Shown piece after piece: positions 11,243-23,925 of a DNA stretch of 64,000 bases (positions are counted from its first letter, which is position 1; the number at the start of each line of letters is the position of its first letter). The DNA is from Flectonema sp. DT1601 (Eukaryota), in assembly GCA_964019425.1 (NCBI GenBank), contig OZ025782.1, positions 1,674,001 to 1,738,000 on the forward strand. The letters are read 5' to 3'. A program made the position numbers and the translations under genes. Under the pieces are notes generated by a model. It worked only from the letters and a program-made list of their open reading frames with translations, had not been told where the DNA came from and ran no database searches.

Positions 11243-12439
11243 ATGGCGGCACCGCCGAAGAACGTCTTCACGGAAGATCCAAATGGGAATGTGATGGTTG
11301 GGGTGCCTATTCAGCCAAAGCAGGCGTACCCTTCACAGTATGTTAATTGGAAATTTGTAGTTTCTTTTATTTATGAAAATGAAAAAAAAAAAAAACTATC
11401 TTCAAACAGAACGATTCCAAGTCAGCAGTACTTTCAACCACCTTCTGCGTTTTATCAACCGCCGCCTCCTCCGGCGGAAGGTGATTCACCAGCATATCCA
11501 ATTGTTCCAGCGATTACTGCTACAGCTCCACCACCTCCGTTTTATTATGGACCGAGTGAAACTTTGCAAGCAGTTGTGACTGATGTAAGACCTGTTGGGT
11601 TAGAGAATCCGTATGTTGCTGACACTACGTATACGCCTACTGCTGAAGTCACGGCTGACTTTTGTGGTGGACATCGAACAGTCACAAGTGGAGACTATGA
11701 AGGGAATAAAGAAATGGTCACTCACGTTAATTATCATGACAACAAGCTCCTTTCAATATCGAACTTACAACAATATCCTTATCTACTTAGACTTACTGTT
11801 TCATGGAATGATTTAAAGTCATTGAGAGGTGTTCAGGAAGCAGGATATCTCAGATGGATTGATGCAAGTGGTAATCACTTAAATAACTTTGATGGATTGG
11901 GAAGTATGCCATCCTTAGAATGGCTTAACGTCACTCAGAGTGACATCGAATCTTTCGACGGATTAGATTTCGCTCCAAACCTAAGCTGGTTATGTCTTCA
12001 TCATAATAGGTTTCATGATTTCAAAAAGACATCAGCTCTACCGGCATTGCAATTTATTGATGTTAGTGATAACGAAGTCCAACACGTCGAAGGTTTAGAA
12101 GCAGCGACTAATTTACGAGAAATAAATCTCTGTAACAATCCTATGTGCGAAGGTAATGTTCGCAGAAATGTTGAATCCGTTAAGAAATTAGCTTCGATGA
12201 AATTTCTGACAAGACTGAATATTAACGACACCTTCTACGATCCAGAGGAAGCAGAAATAGTTAAGTTTTTCAGCATAAATGCACCTCAATGTGAGGTCAT
12301 CACGACTCCTCAGAGAACTGCTCAGGTGGGTCACAATTATAAATTTAACATCCAGGATGTTCCCCTTAAGGGACGTGAAAAGTTCAAAAAAAAAGCAAAG
12401 AACAGTAACGGTGGAGGATGCAAGTGCGTAATTTGCTAA
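11243..12439 (+). CDS. Pro-rich N-terminus plus SDS22-like LRR protein with polybasic CaaX tail; one intron 11338-11409
   Basis: LRR units (LRWIDASGNHL, LEWLNVTQSDI, LREINLCNNPM) and a tail ending KFKKKAKNSNGGGCKCVIC. A GTATGT...AAACAG 72-nt intron removes a polyA-derived segment, giving about 374 aa. Confidence 0.8.
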   Translation: MAAPPKNVFTEDPNGNVMVGVPIQPKQAYPSQYVNWKFVVSFIYENEKKKKLSSNRTIPSQQYFQPPSAFYQPPPPPAEGDSPAYPIVPAITATAPPPPFYYGPSETLQAVVTDVRPVGLENPYVADTTYTPTAEVTADFCGGHRTVTSGDYEGNKEMVTHVNYHDNKLLSISNLQQYPYLLRLTVSWNDLKSLRGVQEAGYLRWIDASGNHLNNFDGLGSMPSLEWLNVTQSDIESFDGLDFAPNLSWLCLHHNRFHDFKKTSALPALQFIDVSDNEVQHVEGLEAATNLREINLCNNPMCEGNVRRNVESVKKLASMKFLTRLNINDTFYDPEEAEIVKFFSINAPQCEVITTPQRTAQVGHNYKFNIQDVPLKGREKFKKKAKNSNGGGCKCVIC

Positions 12440-15400
12440 AACCAAAATTCGCAAATATGCCTACAACGTGTAGTGGATAAAGAGAAGCCTCAGCGATTAG
12501 TTAGGAAAGCACGAGTCATGCTTTCGATAGTACCTTTCAGTGACCAATATTTTTTTTTTTTTTTTTTTTTGCAAGATTTCGCTGTTTTCTAAAGCCGAAT
12601 TCTGAGACAGCAGTCGGGGTATTTTTTTTTTTTTAAAAAAAAAATTCTTATTTTACTTAATGTAATCGCTGCTGTCATTTTCTTTTTATTTTTTTTTTAT
12701 TCCCGTTTACAGTAGTCGTTGAGTGTTTTTTTTTTTTAAAAAAAAAAAAATTGACAACAATATTCTATTTTTAAAACCCTTTTTTTTTCGATCTTACACT
12801 GTTGCTTTTCGTAGTCAGCAACGTGTTCCAAATCGATTATAGCGGCTGCTTGCCACTACTCATCTTGTGAATCTGATGGTATTTAGGGAGCTATATCCCT
12901 AATACTATTTTATTCTTATACCCCAATGTGAAATTCATTGTTAGAGTGTGATGCTTATTGGCAAGTTACGAAACTTATTTATTTATTTTTTTTTTTAAAA
13001 AAAATCCCATTTTACGATACTTGTGTGCCTCTCCAATCTCTATTTTTTGGGAGGGTATTTGGAAGATGAGATTTTTTTTTTTTTTGTGGGACGCATGTTA
13101 GAAAGTCAAAAAAAAAAAAAAAAAAAAAAAAAAACGCATCTATGCTCTACATCTTGTTAAGAAAGTGACTTCGTATTTCACCAAATTAAGGGTAAAAGGG
13201 GCATACAAGTATGAACCATACATCTTTCTTGAAAAGTAATGAGTTTTTATAAAATCCGACGCGACTGATAGCGTTGGATTGCCTAGTAACTTGGCATGGC
13301 TTTATCGGTCTTTTTCCCCTCCTATCCCCTTTTCACTTTTTTTTCTGTCTGAAAACCAACAACAACAACAACTCGTCATTTAATGAAGTTAAATAATAAA
13401 TATATACATGCATGTTTACGGGAGGGTTGCAATATTTTACACTGCCGAGTATCAGAAAAAAATATGTACGAGCCTGAAAACTTGCATACATTTAACTACA
13501 CTTACGTTGGTTTTATTTTACAATAAATATTGTCGAAAAGTAAAAGTAACACAAAGCCGGATCACTTTTTTAATATTATTAGAAAGACTTGTCATGTGGA
13601 AATGTGACACTAGGCACTTCGAAAGAACTCTTCCTGGTGAATAAATCATTTTGTGTTGATAGTTTTCAATTTTTTTGTTTTCACCCCCCGTTGCCTCTAA
13701 TAATGTAAAAAAAAAAGTGGCTTGGAGTGTGTTGCTTTGTTTTTTTTCATAAGAAATTATTTAAGCGTAGAATAAAAACAACTTTTCCAACAACAACAAC
13801 AACAACAACAACAAAAAAAAAAAAAAAGTTGTCTTATTGCCTTTCCTTTGATACGTTGTCTCTCAGTTTTCGTTTTCGTTTTTTTTTTTTTTTTTTTTTT
13901 TTTTTTTCTTTTTTTTCACCAAGAGAAAGAATAGAACAACAGCAAAAAAAACGTCAAATAAAATAAAATAAAATAAAATAAAATAAAAGTGGTCTAAAAT
14001 ACACCGAACCTGGAAGAGGATTAGAAGACATCCTCTCGTAGTATAAAACTGGACCATGTTACGAAATTAAAATAGTCAGCTTTCAGAGTGTTCAGATGCC
14101 CGTCACCGAATCATGAAATGCTATTCAGAATAGTTATAAAAAAAAAAAAATGCCACAAAAAGTTGCTCCATAAAATGTTTTATATTTTCGAATTCTTGCG
14201 TACACTTTTGAGCAGACTGACCTGCTCAAATGTTGTTTATATGTTAGTAGTGTTTTATACTTTATTTCCCCCATTGATCTTGATAGCACAGCATCAATTT
14301 ACCTCTCTGTCTTTTCCCCCGGTCCTCAACAAGGTAAGAGAGAGAAATAATACTGTCAGCATGCGTATAATCCCCTATAGCTTTTTTTTTTTTAAACTGT
14401 GGCTCTTAATCATGATGGTTTGCGTTAGATTTTCCAGTGCTACTCCCCCAGAAACCTTTTTTTTTTTTCATTGACACACAAGGTCTTTCACTTATAATAA
14501 TAAAGCAAGATCAGATAGCTTCACGAATATGGTTTCAGGGCATAAATGTAGACATATCGGGAAATAGTATGAGTTTATGTGGTTCTAAGTCAGCAGGAAG
14601 ATGAAAAAAAAAAAAAAAAAAAAGCAGCAGCTCTGCTTATTACAATCGGTATTGGGCTTACCAAAAAAATAAAATAAAAAAATGAATGAATTGAGAGTTT
14701 TCAAGCCAACAAAAGTCAGTTTATCATCTGATTTTTTTCTTTTTTGCTTGCACACTGTGAAAACCTCTTTTTTTTCTTTTTTTTAATTACCTACGGGACT
14801 CTCTCTTCCTACCTCTTTTTTTTTCCTATTATCGTTGTCTTTTTTTTTTTTTATTTTAAAAAAAAAATTAGTTTTATTGTTGCTGTTGAGTGTTGTGATA
14901 AAGCTATATACAACTTCTTCATAAAGAAAAAAAAAAAAAAAAAAAAAAAGAAAAAAAAGAACTGAATGAGAGGGTTAACTGTTTAAGAAGAAATAGTTAT
15001 GTAGCAGCGTGATGGTGATGCCGTTTTTAGTTTTACAGCGTGGTGACCCTTTCCTATTCTGTCATAACTAGTGGTCGGTGACGTTAGAATGATCTTTTTT
15101 AAAAAAAAAATCTTTTTAAACGTTCGTCATCTTTTCCCTCCTATAGTTGGTGTTTATTAGTCTTTTTATAAGTTAAAAATACATCTCTTTTATTTGAGGC
15201 TTTATTTCAACGATCCATTGCTGAGTCTTCGGAGACGGCTACGGATTGGGTCCTCTGTTGCTTTTTTTGTCATTTACCTATCACTTATGATTACAGTAAC
15301 GTTGGATGAATATAACCAAAAGTAACTAAGAAATGAATACTTTTCACTTTTTTTTTCTTTCTATACTAAAAAATTAAATAATACTAACTAGTCATCTGCC

Positions 15401-15870
15401 TACTATTATATCATAGTTCTTATTGTTATAGCGGATCAGTGTGTCGCCTAACAGACGTTTGATTGGGGTAATCACATTATATGGCGAAAGGGGAAAAAAA
15501 AATAAAAAAATAAAATAAAATAAAATCCTCATTTTTTTTTTTTTTTTTGCATTCGCTACTGACACGGAATTCATGATCAAAAAAAAAAAAAAAAAACTAA
15601 AAAAAAAGAACGAAAAAGGAAATGAACGGGTGCGATAGGGGGAGGAGAAAGGAAAATTTCCAAAGTGGAGGGGGAAAAAAAAAAATTGTACAGTAAGAGT
15701 TGAGTTTTATTTTATTTTCTGTGCGAAATGATAATTGCTGATGGTATGTTAATTCTGTAACGACGCAATGCGGAAAGAAAAGAAAAGGGAACCAAACTAT
15801 CCAACATTGTGCGACTCCTTTTTACAATACATGTTTTAGTTATTTTTGTTCAACTCTGAAGATCTGAAGA

Positions 15871-15903
15871 GAGAGAGAGCCTGAGAAACGGCTACCGCAT
15901 CCA
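15871..15903 (+). other. Isolated ~33-nt fragment resembling conserved eukaryotic 18S rRNA sequence
   Basis: GAGAGAGAGCCTGAGAAACGGCTACCGCATCCA versus the widely conserved 18S segment GAGAGGGAGCCTGAGAAACGGCTACCACATCCA (2 mismatches, from memory). The flanks are not rRNA-like. Confidence 0.7.
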
Positions 15904-15924
15904 CAAATTGATTGCATCAAGGGG

Positions 15925-15958
<34 letters not shown>

Positions 15959-16010
15959 ATTCTTTCCCTATTTTGAATTTTTTCTTCTTAGTCCATTTAT
16001 GATAAGTCTG

Positions 16011-16041
<31 letters not shown>

Positions 16042-16493
16042 TATTGCTTTTCCCGCAACGGTTTTCTTTTTTGTACCTACAAACTCATTATTCGGTAGAA
16101 CGAGAATAAAAGTGGCGTAACTAACCTATTCCCGTATTAGGGTTTTATACGGTGGCCCACAAACAAAACAAGAGTGAACAAAAGTAAAAAAACAAAGTTG
16201 GCCGATTCTTTTTTTTTTTTTTAAATTGCGTCTTACCATTGAGAAACGAATTACATGTGGGAGTGAAAAAAAACAAAAAAAAGGGGGTGGGGAAAAAAAA
16301 AAAAAAAAAAAAAAAGCATAAATTAAATCTTTTCGTATCGTGCTGAGATAATGTTGCTGCGACAGCACAGAGTTTCAACCGGTTGTGTGGTATCAAATGA
16401 CTGATATCCCGTAAGCTTCCCATGATTTACGAGTGTTAGGATTTTCTCAAATAAAAAATAAATAAATAAAAAATAAACCAGCTGATTTCCATC

Positions 16494-16525
<32 letters not shown>

Positions 16526-17173
16526 TGACCCGCTTGTGTATAAGGGTTTATATTTTAAGTTAATGTTGCTTCGTAGCTCTATGGAGGTAATGTTGTATCA
16601 GTGATGCACAATATGTGATGCAATAGACTTTCTTATCTATCTATCTACATAATTATTAATAGCTACGAGTGATCCAACGGCAAAATGCAGTGTCATTATT
16701 TAACGTCTATTTTTTCTTCTTTCACCCCCCTCCCCTCCTCCTCTTTACTTTCGCTCATTGCTGTTTCGTGATTTCTCTTACAATGCATATTAGAAGAAGC
16801 AATCTTTTTGTTCATAACACAGAATAAGAGTTACCTGTAGCTATCCTTATTTGTATGGGTGGTAAAGTGTTTCTTTGTTGATCCGATCGTTTTTATCTAT
16901 TTGTTTTATCACAGCTTCACTATTATTATGAACAAACAAGTTCCTATCAATTCTTATTTCTCATCTCGAAGACATGTTTTTACGAACGAAAGAGAATTGT
17001 GGCAGCGAAACGTTAACACCCTTTTACTTTATATAGGCTTGTTTTCGGTTGTGCACAAACAAAAGCAAAGTTTAAGGATTAATTACTGAGGTCGATTGCA
17101 TTTTTTTTTTTTTTTTTTTTAAAGTTATCTCCTACCGAACAGACCTCTGACAATAGAAAACTGCAATGCAGTT

Positions 17174-20100
17174 ATGGAAACAGCCGCTACAGCAGATGCA
17201 GAGGAGGAGAGACTATTCCTCACTGCTGGGATAACCGAACGTGAAAGCGCAAAGGAATTAGCGAGACTTCGACATAGTGGACCTCTTGACAGGCTTCTAG
17301 GGGTTGATAAGTTCTGGACTGAAAAAGTTTTGTTATTTGTGCTCTGGCTTCAGGACTTCGCTCTGATATGGATGTTCCCTTCGATGATGTGGCCATGGCA
17401 CTTTTGGGGAAAAAGTCACATCGTTATGTGGAGTCTGTTAGATTTCCACACAAGACGAACTCAAATGAAATCGTGTGATAGTTGTTCACCATGGCCTGAC
17501 TGCTCTCCCTCTGGGTGTGCTCCTACTCTTGACGTATTTGGTGCTGGTGCTCCCTCCGACATAACGAATTCTATAATTATATCATGTGGTGTTGCTTTCT
17601 TTTTATCATGGTTGTTCATTAATAACGCTCCTGACATGGGATTGATAAGCCCAGCTCTTGCTCGTAACCTTGAAAGGGTATTATATCCGTGGGTGCTTTT
17701 CTTTTACACACCATTCTCACTTCGGGCTTTGTACGTTTTTTGTGATTATGATACTTTTGTAATTGAAAATTGGAAATGCACACCAAACATTATGTCGGTA
17801 CCATGGTTTTTTGTTAGTTGTATTTACAGCTTGGGTCTTCCTTATGTTATAGTTAAGAGAGTTGCTAGGCAACAATTGTTTAGGTCAGGTCTTCGACATG
17901 AAACGTACATGAGAACAAGAGAATTGGAATACAAACTGGGATTGAGTACAGCATATCGTGATAAAAAACTTTGGATTATGTCGTCATTCACGGGATTTGG
18001 TTGTTATTCTGGTGCTTGGTTTGCAATTCAAAAAATAATAATCATCCTACTTACCTATTTATGTACAACTGGTCTTCGAACGAGTGACTCGTTTAGATAC
18101 TTTGCTGCTGGAGCAGTTGCAGTTCTGTTTGGTATCCAGTCGTTGTTTTTGATATTCGTAGTAAGAGCTTACAGAGTAATAACATCGCACTGGACGCATA
18201 CGTTGTTTGTTGTAGCATCAGCGTTTAATGCTTGGATTGGTTTCCTACAGGCTACTGGAGCTCGTCTGCTCTCTGATAAAGATTTGCGTGTGCTCCTATC
18301 AGCCTTTAACTTATCAATCGTATCGGTGTTCTTTATATCATTGCTCATAACATTCATACTCGTTCATGACTTTATTCCTCAACGAGGAACTGCAACAAAC
18401 AGAGAAGTATCAAAATTTAAAAAAGTTGTTTCTAAAGTCAGGGTTTCAGAAGAAAATTTAATGCACATGCATCTCGGTAAATCATTAAAGATACTTATAC
18501 TATATAGATGGAAGAACAAAGTATTGCAAACAAGGCGACAGACTGCTAATAATGTTGGAGTTCCTAAAGTGGGAAATAAGAAAGTAACGATGAGAATGGA
18601 AATTCAATATTATGAAGAAGAAGATTTTTGTTCAGACTTAGCTCTCTTTGGGGGTTTGATGATCTCCGTAGACGACATTGCAGTGACTGTTGTCTCATCA
18701 AATGAGGATACCAACACAACAGTGTTGGACGTTCGGATTCAAAGGCTACTTGATAACAACCTCATAACTGAATTTATCAACAGATGCAATCAACCAGGAG
18801 ACTTAATGAAAGAGTCGTTAAATGTTATATCTGTTGAACTTGTTCCTTACGATGTTGTTACGGTTTCTATCCCTCTGAGTGTTGTAAGAACTCATTTTAA
18901 TACGATGTTCATATTCAGCACATCATCGGATGGAAAGAGCATCTCTAGAATAAATAAAACAGTCAACGACTATGAAGAGTTGTCAATCCTTAATGAGTAT
19001 GTTCATAAAACTGTTTTGACTGTAAATGGAATTCAAAGAGATAGCCAAGAGGAGTTACATGAAATAATACAATGCAATGACTATGGAGATGATGATGAGA
19101 TTATATTGGCGTTTGACAAGGGAGAAGTTCCTGATGATGTCTTCGACCAGAATGACTTCTTACAAGAAACACCTGAAACAGCACCAACATCATTCCCTCA
19201 ACGGAAAGGAAGTACAAACTACGAACTTAGCATCCTGCAAGCATTACTTAGTAGGTCTGATGAGCTAACTGATGCTGAGCTCTTTTCACCCGTTGATAGT
19301 GAGGAACAGATTTTTAAACCAGTCTTGTCATACTTTCTCAAACTTAATAGCAATGCGAGATACATGTGGCCGGTATCTCAGTCACTCGTGACAGAAATAA
19401 AACGAGAGAATGAAACCAACCACTTTCTAGACATATTACGTGAAGCGAACGGTATTCTAATGGAGGTCAGCTTCATGCATGAAACACCAGAGTTAATCAG
19501 GATAGAATCACTCTTATTTCACATAAGACGAGTGACTAGATGCCTCAAAGCGTGTACTGAACTTCGAGTTGCTCATCATTTGAACGCTATTCATCCACTT
19601 GCACCAACTTTCGAATCTGTTTTAGACGAACTAGTCTACGAATTCCGTTCAAATAAAGGAAAATCTCTCGCAATTGGAAGGAGAGCCAGCAAACTTCCAA
19701 TCGTATCGGCGTTTTTACATCACAGAATGAATGAAAGACAGCATATATTTATTCTTGTTAAACCTATCATGTTAAAAGTATTGTTTAAATTATTAGTACT
19801 AAGAATGTTTATAGAATTGGTTGGAGGTAAAAAAGAACTTTTACCGGAGGTGAGACCATCACCAACGGTTGAGATCGATCACAGATCATTCCCGGATACT
19901 TTTGAGAAGACTGATAGAAGAACACACAGTGAGACTCGAGGTAGTCGTGTGGGATTCCAGGAACTATCGTCTCACCAGTCTGTCTTTACTTTCATCTCAC
20001 CTATTGAATTAGAAGAAGACGAGTCTCTTCACAGACTTCAGCTTGCTAATGAAGAAACAATCAAGCGAAAAGAAATCACACAAGGGCTTCAGGTCTGGAT

Positions 20101-21457
20101 CACAAGATGGAAACAAGAACAACTCCAACATCAGGCAGAGCAATTAAAGATTCAACAAACAGTATTTAGTGAGGAATCGTTTGCGAGAAGTAAGATTTTG
20201 AGGGAGGAGAAGATGGCATGGAAAGCTTGGGTTGAGCTCTCAGAAGATTTGATGAAAAATGTACGAGAAATAATTAAGCATCACAAACAACACCTCATCG
20301 TCTTCGAAGCTGAATCAGCTTCAAGAACAGAAGTTATGAATTATCAACTATCAGATCATCTGATAGTTCAGACCCAACTTGATGCCAGCATGTCTCGCCT
20401 TCTCGATAACGAAACAGAAAAACAAAAACTACTCGAAATGCAGGCAGCCATGAAAGCTCGAAAAGAACAACAGACGGCTAATGAACTCGAACGTAAACAA
20501 CAATCGAAATTAAAACGTCTGGGACTGGTGAAGCTACTCAACTCTTGGAAGGAAAAGTATAAAAAAGAACACGGACAATACCCAACAAAGAAAGTTCTCG
20601 CTAGTACCCCAGACATATCAGATGTGTACAACGAGTACTTATCGATTCCAAAGGATGGCAGTCCTGCTCCTGTGGAACCCCTGTCTGTGTCTTCATCACA
20701 GATAACACCATCACCACTACCAACGCCGTTAATAGGTGTTCAGTTATCACCTGATAAGGAACCAGGGTTACTTGGAAATACTCCTCCAGAAAAACTACCT
20801 CAAAAGGAACGCGATCCCGTAAAAACTCGCAAGGCAGAACTCGTTAAAATCCTGAACGCTTGGAAGCTCAGGTATGTATTATTCACATCGGATTGTTTTT
20901 ATCAGTTTTTTTTTTTTTTTTCCACAAAACTTTTTTTTCCTCCTTCAAAAACAAAACAATCAACAACAGCTATTCTGAGAAACACGGCAGGGAAGTTACT
21001 AAAAAAATATTAAAAACCGACTCGTCAATCAGCGAAGTGTACGCAGAGTACCTTCAGATAGTCCAGGTGTGTAATAAGACATGACCTTATAAAATAATCA
21101 GATCACATTACGTAAATAACAACAAAACAGGCTGGTAAGAGGGGAACTTCACCTGTCCCTTCTGACGTAGAACGAAATGATGAAATCGTTGATGAAGCAG
21201 CTTTGAAATCAATGACGTTGTCAGAATTAAAGAAATTTGTTAAAGAACAAAATAAAAGACTATCTGAATGGAAAACAGCCTTCTCCGAAAAACATGGAAA
21301 GGCTCCAACAAAGAGCGACCTGCGTCAGTCAAAAGACATAGTCGGTACTTACGATACGTATCTCTTAGCAAATCCAATACTAAAAGCGCGTAAGACTGAA
21401 ACTTCAATAGAAAAAGATCAACCGACTGCTGAACAGAGCGAACCGACGACAATCTAA
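17174..21457 (+). CDS. Multi-pass membrane protein with coiled coil and three C-terminal 'WK..Y/F...HG..PTK' helical repeats; introns 20872-20969 and 21067-21130
   Basis: Many hydrophobic helices in the first ~400 aa. Splicing GTATGT..CAACAG and GTGTGT..AAACAG joins the three ORF pieces in frame (about 1373 aa). Confidence 0.8.
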
Positions 21458-21960
21458 CAGCCGAAAGGTAAGCTACGACCGTAGCACCAAACATGTACTT
21501 TATTACTTACTACAAATCTGTTTCTTTACGATATCTTCCTTTATTGTTTTACATGAAAGTCTACCCATTCCTGTGGTGTAGTACTTCAAAAAAAATAATC
21601 AAATATTTTTGTTTTAAAGAGAGAAATAGATTTACCAAAACAGCCTCAAAAAATCAACTGGGTGACAGTTGCTGCCAGTTCGTTGTATTATATTGTGGTG
21701 TTTTCATAAGTTTCTTTTTTTTTTTTCTTTTTTCTCTTTTGATGGACTCCAACGTCTGTTTAAAAAGCTTGCTTCTGGGATTGAAAAATAACTACAAGCA
21801 ATATTGCGTTTGTTCTTGTCATGTGAGGTATTGATGGGTTTCATTTCTTTACTTTTTAAAACAGCAAATACAGAAGACTATCGCATTCGAAAGAAGAATA
21901 GACCACGTTATAGCCTAATACCACTTATCATGCATTGTTCTTTCATATCAGTTTTTGAAT

Positions 21961-23331
21961 ATGTTCGATCCCAGTGGTAGAGTAGAACGATGGGCAGACA
22001 TGTCTATGACTATAATGAGAACTAGTGAGTGGTCGTATGATGATTATTGGAGATTCGGAGCTTCTTATCAAAATGATATGAATCAAATAAAATTAGACCT
22101 TCCTCGAACACCACTATCATCTTGGGGAAGTGGTGGCGCGACATCAACAGAGTTACGAGAGGCTCTTGGAGGAGTACTCCAAGCATGGGTAGGATATTCA
22201 TGCAGAGAATGCAGTCATCTGCTACCATACGTTCAGGGAATGAGTTTAATTGCTGTGGTTCCAGTTTGCGTGTTTAGTGGAAATGCTGAGTATGCTTTTT
22301 GGATTTTTCACCTGATTATGACAAAAGTGTTATCTCCGGATTGCTTTGCTTCATCACCACCTCTCTCAGGACATCGTGCGGATACAACTCTATTGCAAGA
22401 AGTAGGTCGTAAAAAATTACCAAAATTATTACATATTCTCGGAGAAGTGGAATTCAATTCAACTATTGCTTTGTTATCTACTAAATGGTTACTTCCGATA
22501 TTTACGAACGCTCTACCGGAAGGATCGGTTTTGTCTTTGTGGGATTCTATTTTAAATACGGTGTTTGATGAAAACAGTACTGGGCATTCCATCATAGCTA
22601 CCGGTTTATCTAGTACTCCATTGTTTGTTTGGGCTATTGCTATATTACAGTCGGTTGAGAATTCAGTTCTGTCAGCTGTTGGTAGCTTGGATTCGGATAT
22701 TCCTATGTCAGTTCAAGTAGCTGGAATCATAACAAAATCCTCTCGATCACTACCAAAAGGTTTCCAAGTATCATGGACTGATGTCCCTGGATTTAATGCT
22801 GAGGAATTAAGCATTCGGCATAGCGTTTTACGACGTTCTGAAATTCCTAAAAAAACAGGTCAGAAATGGTCTATAAGAACTCTTTTAGCCCCGACAATAA
22901 CAAGAAAAAAACCAAAAAAAACTGATGATCGCGGGATAGATGATGGAGAGGGGGATGCAATTGAACTGGTGTCCCCAGAAACTGCCCGAAAACAACGGCA
23001 AATACAGAAAGAGAAACCAGCTAAAAGGATACTACTTGGGGATGCACTCGATTCTGTTATAAAAACAGACAGCGTTGGGTCTATCAACGGAGAGGGTCCA
23101 CTCACTAGACCCATCTGTAGTGATCTACTCTCATTCTTAACGACAACATCTCCACAGTCAACTTCATCTAATAAACATATTCTTGATATGTTTGGTGATA
23201 GTCAAATAGTTTATAATCCAGACGATGTTAAATTACTACCAGTCGAACAAAATAAAACCCTTCCTCCTCCTCCTACTCGGAAAAAAGATGCTTTTCAATC
23301 GCTGTGGGAATCGACCGTTGGAGGAGTCTGA
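21961..23331 (+). CDS. TBC-domain Rab GTPase-activating protein
   Basis: QIKLDLPRT (IxxDxxR arginine finger), YVQGMS (glutamine finger), KWLLPIFTNALP and LWDSIL. The 5' end is uncertain. Confidence 0.8.
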   Translation: MFDPSGRVERWADMSMTIMRTSEWSYDDYWRFGASYQNDMNQIKLDLPRTPLSSWGSGGATSTELREALGGVLQAWVGYSCRECSHLLPYVQGMSLIAVVPVCVFSGNAEYAFWIFHLIMTKVLSPDCFASSPPLSGHRADTTLLQEVGRKKLPKLLHILGEVEFNSTIALLSTKWLLPIFTNALPEGSVLSLWDSILNTVFDENSTGHSIIATGLSSTPLFVWAIAILQSVENSVLSAVGSLDSDIPMSVQVAGIITKSSRSLPKGFQVSWTDVPGFNAEELSIRHSVLRRSEIPKKTGQKWSIRTLLAPTITRKKPKKTDDRGIDDGEGDAIELVSPETARKQRQIQKEKPAKRILLGDALDSVIKTDSVGSINGEGPLTRPICSDLLSFLTTTSPQSTSSNKHILDMFGDSQIVYNPDDVKLLPVEQNKTLPPPPTRKKDAFQSLWESTVGGV

Positions 23332-23925
23332 GGGGATGGGTGATGTTAGATAAATAATTTGTGTTATAGTTTTTTTTTTTCTTTCTTTTTTCCCCTTTCT
23401 GTGATTGATTGATGTTCCTTTCAAAGAACCAACTTTATCGAATCAAACCAATCAATGTTTTATGACCATGTGACTGAGGATTTTTTTTGAATGAAAATCT
23501 CAAAAAATCCCAGGGTGGTGTGGTGTGGTGTGGTGTCATTAGCGCAGACGAGTTCATTGTTTCAAACTGTGTCCTGTTGAGACTTATTCAGGACAGGTTG
23601 AGCCATACTCACTGAAGTCTGACTTCATAGTCTTCCACCAGCGCATGTGGATGAGGAGTGTCTACATGCATTCTTATTTTCCCGTGTGCTGTATTATTTT
23701 ATTCTTATCGGTTTCTTCATTGTACGATATCGGCACTTTCAATCTGCCTTCAATCTACAAAAAAAAAAAAAACACACTGCTAATTATCTTTCTCTTACAC
23801 ATATACCAAGTCAATAATGTTAAGTAGTACGGAATGGCTATGCAGGAGCCTACCTGAGGTGGTCTGTATGTCTAACAGGGATCAATTTGTTAGTTTTATC
23901 TCATTACAGGTATCTTGAATAGATC

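Noticed and set aside
12440..17170. Many 60-130 aa ORFs on both strands
   Set aside because: They are dominated by polyK/polyF from A/T homopolymers and lack coding-like composition.
21493..21954. Possible upstream exon(s) for the TBC gene (ATG GAC TCC..., GAG/GTATTG...AAACAG)
   Set aside because: The splice combinations I tried hit stop codons before reaching the TBC frame, so this is left unresolved.
23513..23536. (TGGTG)n microsatellite
   Set aside because: Short simple repeat with no supporting context.
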